Translations under genes and position numbers: made by a program
Shown: positions 51,849-64,000 of the stretch, in pieces
Position numbering within the stretch: the first letter of the stretch is position 1
Layout: each line of letters opens with the position of its first letter
DNA from: Azolla caroliniana
Taxonomy: Eukaryota > Plantae > Polypodiophyta
Reading direction: 5' to 3'
Assembly (NCBI GenBank): GCA_043228905.1
Contig: JBHGNT010000012.1
Coordinates: forward strand, 14,880,001 to 14,944,000
Length of the DNA stretch: 64,000 bases
Notes under the pieces: generated by a model
Database searches by the model: none
The model's input: the letters and a program-made list of their open reading frames with translations, nothing else
Told to the model about the DNA's origin: nothing

Positions 51849-52904
51849 GCGGAACATGAGCAAAGGCGTACTCGACGTAATTCATTCTAATGTATTTGGT
51901 CTGGCTCATACGGCTACATTCGGCAAATGCCGATACTACGTGACCTTCATCGACGACTTCTCCAGGCACACCTGGATCTACCCCATGCGGCAAAAGAGAA
52001 AAGTGTTTGGACACTTCCAAAAATTTAACAATGAAGTCGAGAAAGCCACGGGCCGACATGTACGATGTCTTCGGTCGGATGGATGCAAGGAGTACTTCTT
52101 CGACAAATTTTCAGCTTTTCTACAGAAAGAAGGAATTCGGCGAGAGTTTTCGTGTCGACATACGCCACAACAAAACGGAGTCAACAAACGAAAGAACCGG
52201 CACATCCTCGAAGTAGCACAGGCCATGATGAACAAAAAGCACCTACCGAAGCGGCTAACACGGTCATATACCTCATGAATCGGGTGTGCACGAACTTACT
52301 CCGCACGAGAAGTTTTTCGGGAAGAAGTCGGATCTATCATATGTTTAGATTTCAGCTCCATTGCATACGTGCACATCCCCGACGAGAAGTGACAAAAGCT
52401 TGACCCAAAGTCGGAGAAATGTATCCTCGTAGGATACTCACTAGAGCAAAAGGAGTACAAGTGTTATAACCCCTCTACTCGGAAGGGTCGAGTAAGTCGA
52501 GACGTCATTTTCGACGAGTCCACATCTTGTTATGCACCAAAGACAACTTCGACTCCAATTCCGCTCGACCCGGAATACGTTGAAATAGAGATAGAAGCCG
52601 AAGATCGGCTCATGCGCATGTTCGAAGAAAACCCGATTACGACAAGGCTTAATGGGCCACAAGAGCCCCCGAGTGATCAAAGCACATCTTGGTCGAGTCC
52701 AAAGTTGGACAAAGGGAAGGTGAAAATGCCGGAGTATGAAGATGATCACTTTGATGGCAACGAATCGACTCACTCCCTCGATAGTGAGTTTGAAGGCCTT
52801 GACATCTGGACAAATGGTGCGAAGAAAGCCTTTGTATCCGCAAACAAGAAGCTCCACCGATCCACCCGTGAAAAGAACCTCATAAGCCGATTCGGCTACA
52901 ACGA

Positions 52905-53635
52905 TTCTTTACAACCTCATACACATACGACACAAATCACATATCAATTATATGTCAATTGAGGTCTTGACCTCATACACATATGTAAACATTTTATACA
53001 ACCAATTATTACCACTACAACATAATTGAATCAATGAGATTATTACATATAGACTTAAACATGATTAGAATGGGAGAAGAAAGAATAAAAAAAGCTTAAG
53101 GGAAGTACCAAAGTTCCTTTGTTGATATGTTACTAGATCACGCTTGAACAAACGTTGATCGATCACCATCCAAAAATAAAAACAAATCAACAAAGAAAAC
53201 ATTAGAAATCAAGGCTCTTATACCAACTGTTAGATCTAGAACCTCATGTAAGCATGAGATAAAGATAATATAGATAGATAGAAAAGAAAGGATCGAGACG
53301 GACTCGAGCCTCGATTGGCATCCCATACCATCGCCATGGTGTCGAGTCGTACCTTGTACTGGCACACTCGCTACAAGAGTTGAATCACAACGAGGACAAA
53401 GTCTGAACGTAGTCGATAACGTGTTAAATGAGGGTAGCTAGGCCTCATATTTATAGTTAGACCTTAGGCTCCCAGACAAGTTCACACTTGGCCTTAATGG
53501 GTTGTCTCAATCCCAAGGATGAAAAGAAATCCTTCCCTTCTTTAAAGGCTCGTTTAACCCTTACACTTTATCCATGTGTATAGAATACTACGGTACAATC
53601 TTACCATGGGATATTATATGGTCATGCCCATAACA
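52905..53635 (-). mobile_element. LTR (53228-53635) with PBS and short leader remnant
   Basis: Reverse complement of the 38048/40082 LTR family. PBS TGGTATAAGAGCC at 53213-53225. Confidence 0.85.
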
Positions 53636-53697
53636 ACTCCCCAATGTCATTTCCAAGTGAGGAAATGTTTATGTATTCTCTTTCAAGATCCCATGAA

Positions 53698-54190
53698 TAA
53701 CAATCGGCAATGGTTTGGTTTGAACTGAACCGAACCGCAAAATCGCATCTTAATGGCTTAAACGGTTCGGTTAGAGTTCAAAAAAATTTTAACGGTTCGG
53801 TTCGGTTTTAAAGGTTTAAAACCGTGGTTTAAATATTTTAAATTTGTTTTAAAATTGATTGTTATTTAAACAACCTTTTCATTTTTAAGCTAATTCTCAC
53901 ATTTTAGGAAAAATCTTTAAAATTTTGAAAAATTAAAATTTGAAATAATGAAAATTTTAAATTTTGAATTTTGACCTAAGTTGAAAACCAAAACCAAACC
54001 ATGAAACCGCAGTTTTAGCGGTTTAATGGTTTAACGGTTTGGTTTTTTACCTAATGGTTCGGTTTAAATGGTTTTAGTTTAAACAATTTTGGTATAACGG
54101 TTTCGTGGTTTGGTTCGATTCATGTTTCAAAATTTTTAAACAGTTCGGTTTGGACACTCTCAAACTAAATCGAACCATTGCCGATTGTTA
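53698..54190. mobile_element. hAT-type MITE
   Basis: TIR TAACAATCGGCAATGGTT / AACCATTGCCGATTGTTA, perfect 8-bp TSD CCCATGAA, many subterminal AACCG/CGGTT motifs. Confidence 0.92.
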
Positions 54191-54941
54191 CCCATGAATA
54201 ACTTGTATATATAGTATTAACACAATAAAAATTTAATTTTCTATTTTTTATTAGTTTTTTTTTTCGAACAATGGTTTATATTATGTCTAAAGTGATTTAA
54301 ATGATACATGGACACTTCCAAATATTCTTAATAACTTCATCATGGATTTTTTACCTTTTTCAATTGCTCTTAGGCTGCCACAAACATTCATTAAAGAAAG
54401 CATATTAATTGAAGACTATAGTGATAAGAAGTCTAGTTTATGAAATGAAAATTAACTACTAGAGACAAAAAGAGGGTCTTGGTTTATGTGGACATAATCT
54501 ATGCATATAGGGAGTTTGGATTAATTCTATATTCATGGGAGATGAGTGGGATATCTAAAGTATTCAATTCATTCAATGTAACGGTGATTTGCCATTCATT
54601 AAATCAATGTTGGACTTTAGTGACCAAACAGTGATGCTGACCAAAGCTAGCAATAAAAAAGCACAAGGATTGTTTAAAAGCTACAAGCCCTCTTAGCGGC
54701 ATTTTCAAGGCCCCAACATAGTATTTCGAGCCTATGATTGTTTGCTACAAGGTTTGATGGTCAATTGCCAGAATTGAAAAGGAAGAGATGGCAGCCATCC
54801 CCAACATCATGACCATGTAGACATGCCCATTGTGCCCTAGGAGTAACGCTAAACTTAATTGGGCCTCACCATTCGGGGAAGATGTTGGTTATCATTGGTA
54901 AGGTCTTGGTGCCATATGGGTATGTGGTGACACTTGGTGAA

Positions 54942-55406
54942 TAATAATAGGCAATGGTTCGGTTTGAATGGAACCGAATCGTGAAATTGCGGCTTAACGG
55001 TTTAAATGGTTCAATTTTGTGTGTGTGTGTGGGGGGGGGTGAACGGTTCAGTTAAATTGTTTTGATCGTTTAGGGTTGCTAGTTGATTTTTTTTTAAATA
55101 ACCTTTTCTTTTTTTAGCCTAATTCTCACAAAATTGTGAAAAACTAAAATTTGAAATAATGAGGAATTTTACAATTGAGAATTGGAAATTTTCGAATTTT
55201 GACCTAACGTGAAAATTGAAATCGAACCATGAAACCGTGGTTTTAACAATCTAATAGGTTTAACAGTTTGGATTTTTTTGTAACAGTTATGTTGAAAAGG
55301 TTTCGTGGTTCGGTTTGGTTCGGTTCAAGTTTCAATTGTTTTTAAAACGGTTCGGTTTAAAACCGGTTTGGATTTGACCTCTTGAACCGAACCGAACCGA
55401 ACCGAA
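54942..55406. mobile_element. Second, degenerate copy of the same MITE (right TIR missing)
   Basis: Starts TAATAATAGGCAATGGTTCGG, is colinear with 53698-54190 and ends in (AACCG)n. Confidence 0.8.
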
Positions 55407-55937
55407 CTCATACTGTACGTGTGATTACAAGCCAGGCCAAGCCGGCCTGTGCTGATAAGTGGGAACACACAATCCAGCCTCTGTCTGTCTGTAGTTCCCG
55501 TTCGAAGCAACCTCCTTCGCCATGGAAGTTGGAGGAGAGGAAAGAAGAACCTGCCATGGAGATGGGGGAAAACCTGGCCCATTTTGAAGAGTGAAAATAT
55601 ATCCCTCCCTCCCTCCCTCCCTCCCTTGTGGGCGATGGAAATCAGATGGAATTATGCGTGAAATTTCCATTTTAAGTCGATGATAATCTGATGAAGCCTC
55701 CTTCATATTGTTATTGAACAGTTTGATCAATCACAGTGGCAAATTCATCGGTGGGTGATTGAAAATCTGGGCGGAAAGATGACATTGATGAGCAATATTG
55801 AGGAAGTTCAATGAAGGAAACCGAAATTTGAATTAAATATCCATGCCAATATGAGCTCAGAATGAAATATCCATGTTGGTAATCAAAGCCTGATCTTACC
55901 TATTATTTTTTGTTTTATTTTGCGACCAAAAGGAATC

Positions 55938-58900
55938 ATGGATCAACATAAGCCATTGGATATTGCCTCCTGGATGAATAAAAGCTCCAATGCGGTAAAG
56001 AATTCTTCTTCTTCTTCTTCTATGAGGCCATCCATGTTACCTTTACCACTTGGTTTGCATCATGGTTCCGGTTCAAATCCATTTAACATTGCAAAAGCAC
56101 GAGCTGATGCTGCGGCTGCATGTGGCAATGGATCCAGAGCTTCTTCCTATCGTTCCAGAAGACAGTCAGTTGGCTCTCAGATGTCCTTCTCTTCCAAGTA
56201 AGATTCATGTGTTTTCTTTGTCAATCGGTTTTTATGCAACTTTTTGGATATGAATAAAAAAGAATGAAACATACATTAGTGTTTTTTAAGAAACCAAATG
56301 GCCATCGAGACCGACCAAAATTCTTGCATACAAGTATGCCAGAATTCATTTTATCCGTACTGAAATAAAAATAAAAGCTGCTCGATGGAAGAGGAGTGGT
56401 GTTGAGGGACCAACCCTCCTGGATCAATTCCGTATACCCGCTCCTCCCATCGCTGAAAGATGAGCAAAGAACCTTTTTACATAAAATCAGAGTCTATTTG
56501 GAACACCGGTAGGTTCGGTGGAATATTGGAGAGTTCTTCCCATCGGGTGTTATTCCTACATCTAAGTCCGAGATCCTCCCCTCTCCGAGGTTTGAGGAGT
56601 CTTTCTAGGACTTGAACCCCACTTGTATAACTTTCATCAATTTCTGCTCCGATGGACCCCCAAGGGAAGCAGCAAAGGCTCGTCTAGTATGATCCCTCCG
56701 TCATCTGTCAAATGATGAGGGTGATCCCGTAGTTCCTGGTTCATGAATACACATTATCAGGTGCTTCGTCTCTCACATCTGGCCTGAAATTCATCAGTCT
56801 GTGCTCGAGAGACAGCCATCCACCATGATAATGATCTTAATATATATCGTGAAATTATTATGGGGATGGTTTACAGGCATGAAGTGTGTAAAAGCTATAG
56901 GTTCTCTATGCTTTTGATGCTTGAACAGGATTTCACTGAGGTGTCAGGGATAAGACTTATCCATCATTTGTGAACTGATGGCGGAGTTTGTGTAGAGCAT
57001 GACATAACTCTCGCTGCTTTGCTTGTAAGCAAGTTAATTAAAGTCAAACTGTTTCTCACTCTTGAATCTCTCTTTTGCATTAATTGCAAAATCTTCCAGC
57101 TCTACCTGTGAAAAGTGCTTATCCTGCTTTGATATCTAGGTAGTGGAATGAAAATCTGAATTTTCCTATTGCTTGGTGGGCACTTTAGGGCTAGCACACA
57201 TCCATGTAATGTGTTTTATGTGAATCCATCCTGTGAGAAGAAATCTGGTTTCTGGGTTCATCCAACCTTCTCAATAACCAGCAGGTGCATCCATTTTCTT
57301 TGTAAAAAAACGATAATACTTTACAACTGGTGGTTGATTATCGAGGCCTCAACAAAATCACTGTTCGAAATCGATATCCTCTACGCCACCAAGGAGCCAA
57401 CTACTTTACTAAGATCTTGGTGGGGCACACAATCTCATTCATCTCTGAGAAGGAGATGAATGGAAAACAACTTTCCACACTCAATATGGTCATTTTTATA
57501 CACAATCATGCCGTGTGGTCTTACCAACAGTCTTCAACACATGGAGAATGATGTTTTCCAAGAATTGTTTGTTGTCTTTGTGATCATCTATTTAGATGAT
57601 ATTTTAATATTCTCAAGAACCTTATCAGAGCACCAAGGCCATGTCTGTGAAGTTCTTCGGAAACTTTGTGAACTCGGTTTATATGCAAAGATCAAGAAAT
57701 GTCAATTTTAATAGGATAGTGTGTAATTTTTTTAGTATAACTCCTATTTCAATATGACAAGTTCAATGTTTTTTTGGGTTCGCCAACTTTTACCGCAATT
57801 TTATAGAAGGCTATTCTGAGATCATCTGGCCTCTCATATGTCTCACTCAGAAGGGCATACCTTTTGAATGGACAATAGACGCAGAATCATCATTCATAAT
57901 CTTAAAACACAATTTTACAGTAGCACCAATTTTAATGCATCCTGACCTGACAAAACCGTATTTTGTCCAAATGGATGCTTCGGATTCTGCATCAGCAAGC
58001 ATATTGTTCCAAGGAGATGATCACCAGTTGCATCCTATTGCTTTTCATTCCCGAAAGTTCTCATCAGCCAAGTTCAATTATCCAATACATGACAAGAAGT
58101 TGTTGGCTATTGTGGATTCATTCCAATCGTGGCAATGTTTTCTTGAAGGTTCCCTTCATACAATTACTGTTTTCTCTGATCACTGAAATTTGAAATATTT
58201 CCAATCAGCAAGGGTTATTACAAATTCTGACTAGGACGGCTGCAGGGACAAATAGCTGCACTCTCAAGATGCTCTTACTTGGCACCTAAGCCAAGAGAGG
58301 CTGCTTTTGATAAGTAATCACAGATTGTTCTTGGTTCAGAACATTTCAAGCTTGCAGTCACAACCTTATTTTTCAACACCTCAAGATGCATCTTTTATAA
58401 GCCCAGTCCAGGGCTTACTGGATACAGATACGTTAGCACAAGATGTCATTAAGCATTTGGCTTCCTCAACATCGTCATCCACATCAGGTACACATGATTA
58501 TGATGTTTTTCAAATGCATGATGGGCTATTATATCGACACGGTTTGTTGCACATTCCTGATGAACCACCCCGTCTAGAAATTCTTCAAGTTTGCCATGAT
58601 TCTCGTATGGCGGGCCATCTTGGAATTGCTAAAACAACTGAGCTCATAAGTAGAAACTACTGGTGGTCATCCCTCTGGAAATTAGTTCAGGCCTTCGTCA
58701 ATTCATGTGATACTTGTTCTTGGGCAAAAGCCCCGGGACACCAACCACATGGGTTATTTCATCCCTTACTAGTAACTGAGGGGCCATTGGAAAGCATCTC
58801 CATTGACTTAATTCCCAAACTTCCACGATCTAATAACTATGATTCCATTTTCATGGTCGTCGATAATTTTTGAACATGGCACATTTTATTCCATGCTCAT

Positions 58901-61900
58901 CAACTATTACAAGTGAAGCTACAGCCTCAGTTCTACGTCGAGAAGTTTTTTGCCTTCATGATCTACTGGATACATTATTATTGATCGAGGTCCACAATTC
59001 AGCAACAGTTTTTGGAAACATATCTTGGAACTTTTGCAGATCCCTTACTAGTAACTGAGGGGCCATTGGAAAGCATCTCCATTGACTTAATTCCCAAACT
59101 TCCACGATCTAATAACTATGATTCCATTTTCATGGTCGTCGATAATTTTTGAACATGGCACATTTTATTCCATGCTCATCAACTATTACAAGTGAAGCTA
59201 CAGCCTCAGTTCTACGTCGAGAAGTTTTTTGCCTTCATGGTCTACTGGATACATTATTATTGATCGAGGTCCACAATTCAGCAACAGTTTTTGGAAACAT
59301 ATCTTGGAACTTTTGCAGATCCATAGATCGTTATCCTCTAGGCATCACCTATAGAGCAATGGTCAAACTGAACCAACTAATCAAACCTTACAGCAATATT
59401 TACGATGTTTTATTTTCTATCAACAAGATGATTGGGTTAATTGGCTCTCTATGGCAGAGTTTGCTTGTAATAGTATTGTTCATGCTTCTATGAAGTAAAA
59501 TCCCTACTTTACAGTCTTTGGCCAACATCCTAGATTGTCTTTCTTAGCTGAGATGGAGAACTCCATCAATCCATATGCAAAACATTGTGTGGAGAAATTA
59601 CAAGACATGCACATCTAACGCCAACACCAACTTCAACAAGCCCAACAGAATTTTGAACGGTTTGCAAATGAACATTGCAAACATGCTCCTTCATTCAAGA
59701 TTGGAGATTAGTCTGGTTTCTTTGCAAAGATCTACCAACGAAGAGGCCATATACAAAACTTGCCTTCTGACTTCTTGGCCTTTTTCTCATTATTGGTCAA
59801 ATGAATAAAGTTACCTACCGTTTGAAATTATCACCTTTAGTCAAACTTCATTCAACTTTCATGTTTCCCTTTTGGAGCCATACCGAACTGGTTTCGGCCT
59901 AACCGATTAAGGCTTAATCTCTTGTAAGATACATTGATGGAGCGAGGTGATAATTTATGATAGTGGATCAAATAGATTGCTATTCATAATTGAATTTATG
60001 AAATTCTATCTAATGAGGATATGTCTTTGTTAACCCAAGTAACAAAGAGGTAGGATTCCTGAATATTCTCTGTTATTTCAGGTTATATATGAGTATGAAA
60101 TTAAAGCACATGTCTCTAGATGATGATCATTAATATCTGCTGTGTGTATGTAGTGCTGTAATGTGCAATCCAGTTCATCTACTTGAACATGGAATAAAGA
60201 TCCCTGCTTATACCTAAAACGCTTTCCAGCTCTATTTGTTTCTTTTTAAAAGAGAAAATGAACTATGTAAAGAGGGGCCAGTTCTGATCCCGAGTCTAGA
60301 TAGTTGCTTAATTAGATGTTGATTTCTTGCTTTGTCATGTTCTTTTATGAGCTAATAGGAGTATGAGAAGCACAAAGTCAAGACGTACAGGAAAAAGTTT
60401 CAAAACAGTAGAGATAACTGAACATGATATCATACAGGTTTCCTCTGCCAAATGACTTGCAAGCATAATAATGATAGAGTGGGAGAAAATGTATACTTAT
60501 ATCCTTGTTTAATCACCTACTACAGGTTTTTGATGAACATGGAAATGATGTAACACCAAAGCCATTGGTCGAGCTAAGGACAACTGCACTCCATGAACAA
60601 CTTTTGCAAGACCACACAGACAGGTTCACACCAGAATCAGAGAGGCCATCTGTCTACAGGTATATGTTTACATTTAATTGAAAGATGATAAGTGGTTAGA
60701 AGCAGAACTTGATACAATGTTCTTTTTAAAGCACATGGTTTTAATAGTTTCTCTTTTTTCTTATCTTGAAGTCGGTACTCGATAGCCAGCAGTCTAAGCA
60801 GTTTCACACCAGACACACTTGACAATGATGCATCTGAGAGAGAAGAAGGAGATGGTAATCTCACAAGGTTGGGAATTGGAGCAGCTTCAGCAGCTAAAGA
60901 ATTGGCACCTGATCATGCAGAGAATCAGAAGCGGAACCATATTGTGTACACAGCAATTCAGATACCTACCAGACAAGAGGTTAATTTTGATATAAAACTT
61001 TGACTTGATTCATGTTGTTTCTTTGGGAAATTTTAGGTAAGCATTTGTTTGCATTAGAATGAAATACGGTACTGTACCCTGAGGTTTTGAAAAGACTGTT
61101 CCACAGCTAAATAAATTTGTTGACTTCACATGTTATTGTCTTAAGCTAGAAATTCATATGTGCTCTCCAGAATGCTTCTAGGTTCATGCCCTTGCTTTTA
61201 AAGAAAGGATGGATTATAGTTTTAGTGTAATGACTTGAGAGGGAATCCATTGTGATACCTTGCTGTAATCAGCAGTAAAATGATGCTTTGTATGAAAATA
61301 ATTTTCAAGATGGGATTGCGAAAAATGAATGCAAACTGCTGATGAGTTTCAACTCAATATTTGGAAAATAACGTGTCAGAGTTTCTTTAGATGTTTACCA
61401 TAGATGCTATGTCTTATAAAGATTGTAATTGTAGCTAGTTTCATGCATCATCATGCAATTGTAGACAAGCATCATGTGTTCATGCCTGCTTTTACCAGGA
61501 CTCTGAGCGGCTTATAACTGTTACATTAATGGAGAGTGATACATTTGAGCTGATGAGCCTTAGGGGCCATACGCTCAACAATAATTATCAGAATGTCAAA
61601 GATGTTTTAGAAAGGAACTCGAGATATAAGACACTTTTACAGGTATATATGTATATTTATGGATATCAATCTTATGGAATCAATAAACTATATGTTTTTG
61701 GCTGAAGCAAACTGATGTTATGAATAGCTCAAAGTTGGGAGTGATAACTATTCAAATTCTAGTGCACAAACACTGTTCAGCCTGCAGAAAACAAAGGAAA
61801 TTCAGGTTTCTGCAAAACAAATGGAGACAGAAGCATGCCAGGTTCTAGAACTTTCCTATTTTGTGAATAATTTTGATTAATTGAATGCCTAAGAACTGGA

Positions 61901-64000
61901 CAAGATATCTCTTCTTTAATGAATACTACTTTCTTGAGTTGCAAGGCATCACCCATCTTCAGAGAAGTAAATCGTTTCTTTTATAGTCAGGCCAATTCCT
62001 GGGATATTGCTGATTCCATTGCGAAGCGGACACTATCTGAAAGCAATGATTTGCCAGTTGTGGAGAATAGGCACATTTTTATGGAAAGCAGTCATATGTC
62101 AGAGGCTGCAAAGGATGCACGAATTGTTAGCATTCTTGTATCCTCTGGCTATCTGGAGTCTTCCACATCTGCTGCAGCTCTTCAAGGCAATATGGTGGGT
62201 GCCAAATATAATTGCAAAATATGATTACTAAACATGATGAAAATGAAATGAATGTGGAAAAAAGAAAGCTATTCTTCATGGCAGGCTCAGAGAATAGGTG
62301 GAGCAGGTAACCGCAGGCAGCAAAGCATGGCTGTAAATACAGCAATGTCGAAAAGAGGCTCTGTTTTTGGAGGCTATATACCTTCAAGAAGAGGCTCTAG
62401 AATGGGCAGTGTACTAGCTTCGAGAAGAGAATCTGTTAGTGGAAGTGTGGCTGGTTCCCGTAGAGGTTCTACATCTGGAAGTAATGCTCCATCAAGAAGA
62501 GGGTCTACAATGGGGAACATATTATTTCCTGTTAGGGGACCTAAACAAAGTGCAATAGCACCAGATGTTTCTCTTCTAACTAGAGTATCAACTATTGAAA
62601 GGCCGATGGGTGGAATAGAAAATGTCACTGGTGCTTTGATGATGGCTGAAGAAACTTCTGGGTCTACTCAAAAGGCTTTTGACCTAAGCAAACTTGTTGG
62701 ACTTGACAAGATCCTTGAGATTGCTGAAAGAGCATTGGCTCAAAACAGCTTTCATGATAAGGTCAGTCAGTGAAATTTCTAGCAGCAATATGATCTAATT
62801 TTTTCCAAACCAGTTTTATGCAAATGTTTTTGATATCCAATTATGTAGCTTATGTACAGAAACCTGTCATAGATAATAGTTATTGTTGAATCGCCAAATT
62901 ATTTTATATTTTATACTATATATACTTGATTATATCACTAAGAACCAAGCACTATATTTGAGCTAAAAATGTTAGGTGTATGCTTCAATATTATGCAATT
63001 AATGTCAGCCATTGGTTTGGTTGGTAGCAAGATTAAGTTATTTTTTATTTATTTTAGAGCTCCAACTTGTTACACATTTTCTGAAGTTACTTTCATGCAC
63101 AGTTCCACTGCCCACTAAAAGCCTGAGTACTCATGTAGAATTTAGAAAGAACAAAAGATATATTAACATCTTTTAAGAGGATAAAATTGTCCTGTAAGAG
63201 ATTATCTCTTGTTTGGTCTTATGGGCCATTTTGGCCTCTTAAAAGACGTTAATATTTCTTTCTTTCTTTTTACTTATCAGACTTTGATAATAATATTTAT
63301 AGGCGTGCATGCTAGATGTAACCATACTTAGTGGTACATATTAATGATCTTTGATAAACTAATACAGGAAGAAATCGTGAAATAATTGTGTCAGTATCCT
63401 TTTCATGCAATTCAAAGCAGAGGAACTTGCTATGGAGAAAACTATTCTTTGTTGTATAGTCATTATTTGTGGTGAATGGTGTCTCTCAAACTACAAATGT
63501 AAATTTTTGATCATGTGTTCTGCATTAGAGTTCCAAATCTACTTCTAGCATTCTGTTCCACTAGAAGTGAAGAAAAATCTGGAACTGGTACCATGACTCC
63601 ATGTTTGCATGTTACCTGATAGCTAAACATATTCTAGTTTGGATTGCTGAGAATCTCTTTTAATAAGAAAAAAAGAAATCTATATTAACTTCTTTGATGA
63701 GGTCAAAATGGCCTATAATACTGAACAAGTGAAACTTCTGTAATATGTGCATCATTCATGAACATAATTTGATCAAGAGGATTGGAAAGTAGGTTAACAA
63801 AAAACCTTCTTGCTACAGCTTTTGTTTTATCGAGATTTTAGACCAAGGGATATGTCAGAAGAAGAAGAGCCATCTTCACCTACTTGCATAGCTAGCAAAC
63901 TTGAAGATCCTGCCCATACAGCAAAACATTTGAGCTGGCTGTGGGATTTCAACTGTGATATGACAGAAGGTCGAAATATTAGTTGCTTAGCATGGAACAA
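55938..64000 (+). CDS. DNAI4: Dynein axonemal intermediate chain 4 / WDR78 (IC138-like), 5' part. Exons approx. 55938-56197, 60359-60437, 60526-60659, 60772-60979, 61499-61642, 61728-61841, 61991-62194, 62285-62761, 63819->64000
   Basis: Spliced translation gives [37 protein letters not shown]...[26 protein letters not shown] and [20 protein letters not shown], matching the WDR78/IC138 motif order. GT-AG boundaries preserve the frame where checked. Confidence 0.85.
57230..59890 (+). mobile_element. Degenerate Ty3/gypsy pol (RT-RH-IN, Tf2/Tcn1-like chromovirus) within DNAI4 intron 1
   Basis: [38 protein letters not shown]...[20 protein letters not shown]...WW, CDTC and SISIDLI motifs. No LTRs recognised. 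Confidence 0.9.
58761..59318 (+). repeat. 279-bp tandem duplication
   Basis: 58761-59039 is repeated at 59040-59318; the ORF track shows twin ORFs at 58870 and 59149. Confidence 0.95.
63144..63270. repeat. Inverted pair of LINE 3'-end-like fragments
   Basis: Both ~55-bp arms resemble the LINE terminus at 23997-24055. A third copy lies at 63665-63729. Confidence 0.7.

Larger units (their letters stand above)
48423..52905 (+). mobile_element. Ty1/copia element E, lacking both LTRs (gag-PR-IN), split by two solo LTRs
   Basis: Gag from 48462. EDV|WFVDSGASNH is split at 49453/50231 and HPFLKER|NMSKG at 50795/51849. Integrase continues to about 52905. Confidence 0.9.

Noticed and set aside
56300-57200. 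Possible additional TE or exon in DNAI4 intron 1
   Set aside because: No recognisable motif, terminal repeat or needed exon was found, so it is left unannotated.
61919-62773. Frameshift or stop suggesting DNAI4 is a pseudogene
   Set aside because: A 90-bp GT-AG intron (62195-62284) joins the two frames cleanly.

Overview
Eukaryotic nuclear DNA from a land plant with flagellated sperm, most likely a fern or other non-seed plant. This is inferred from an axonemal dynein intermediate-chain gene and from a plastid rpoC2 fragment with an apparently unedited codon. There are two host genes, both on the + strand: a 13-coding-exon SEC16 (COPII/ER-exit-site scaffold, 10170-19108) with a large repeat-rich first exon, and the 5' part of a WDR78/DNAI4 (IC138-like) gene (55938 to the window end). 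Most of the rest is a deeply nested, decayed transposon landscape: several Ty1/copia elements, non-chromovirus and chromovirus-like Ty3/gypsy remnants, solo LTRs with readable TSDs, a near-full-length RTE-X-like LINE split by a copia element, a Sola/DUF7869-like DNA transposase relic and two hAT-type MITEs. The most notable observations are a 36-bp-periodic array of RRxS motifs in the IC138-like dynein, the rpoC2 patch inside a copia integrase, an LTR lineage with 4-bp (ACGT) target sites, a gag fold-back inversion, a conserved PPT/LTR hairpin with a duplicated PPT, and short LINE 3'-tail copies. All calls come from reading the sequence by eye; no database searches were run.
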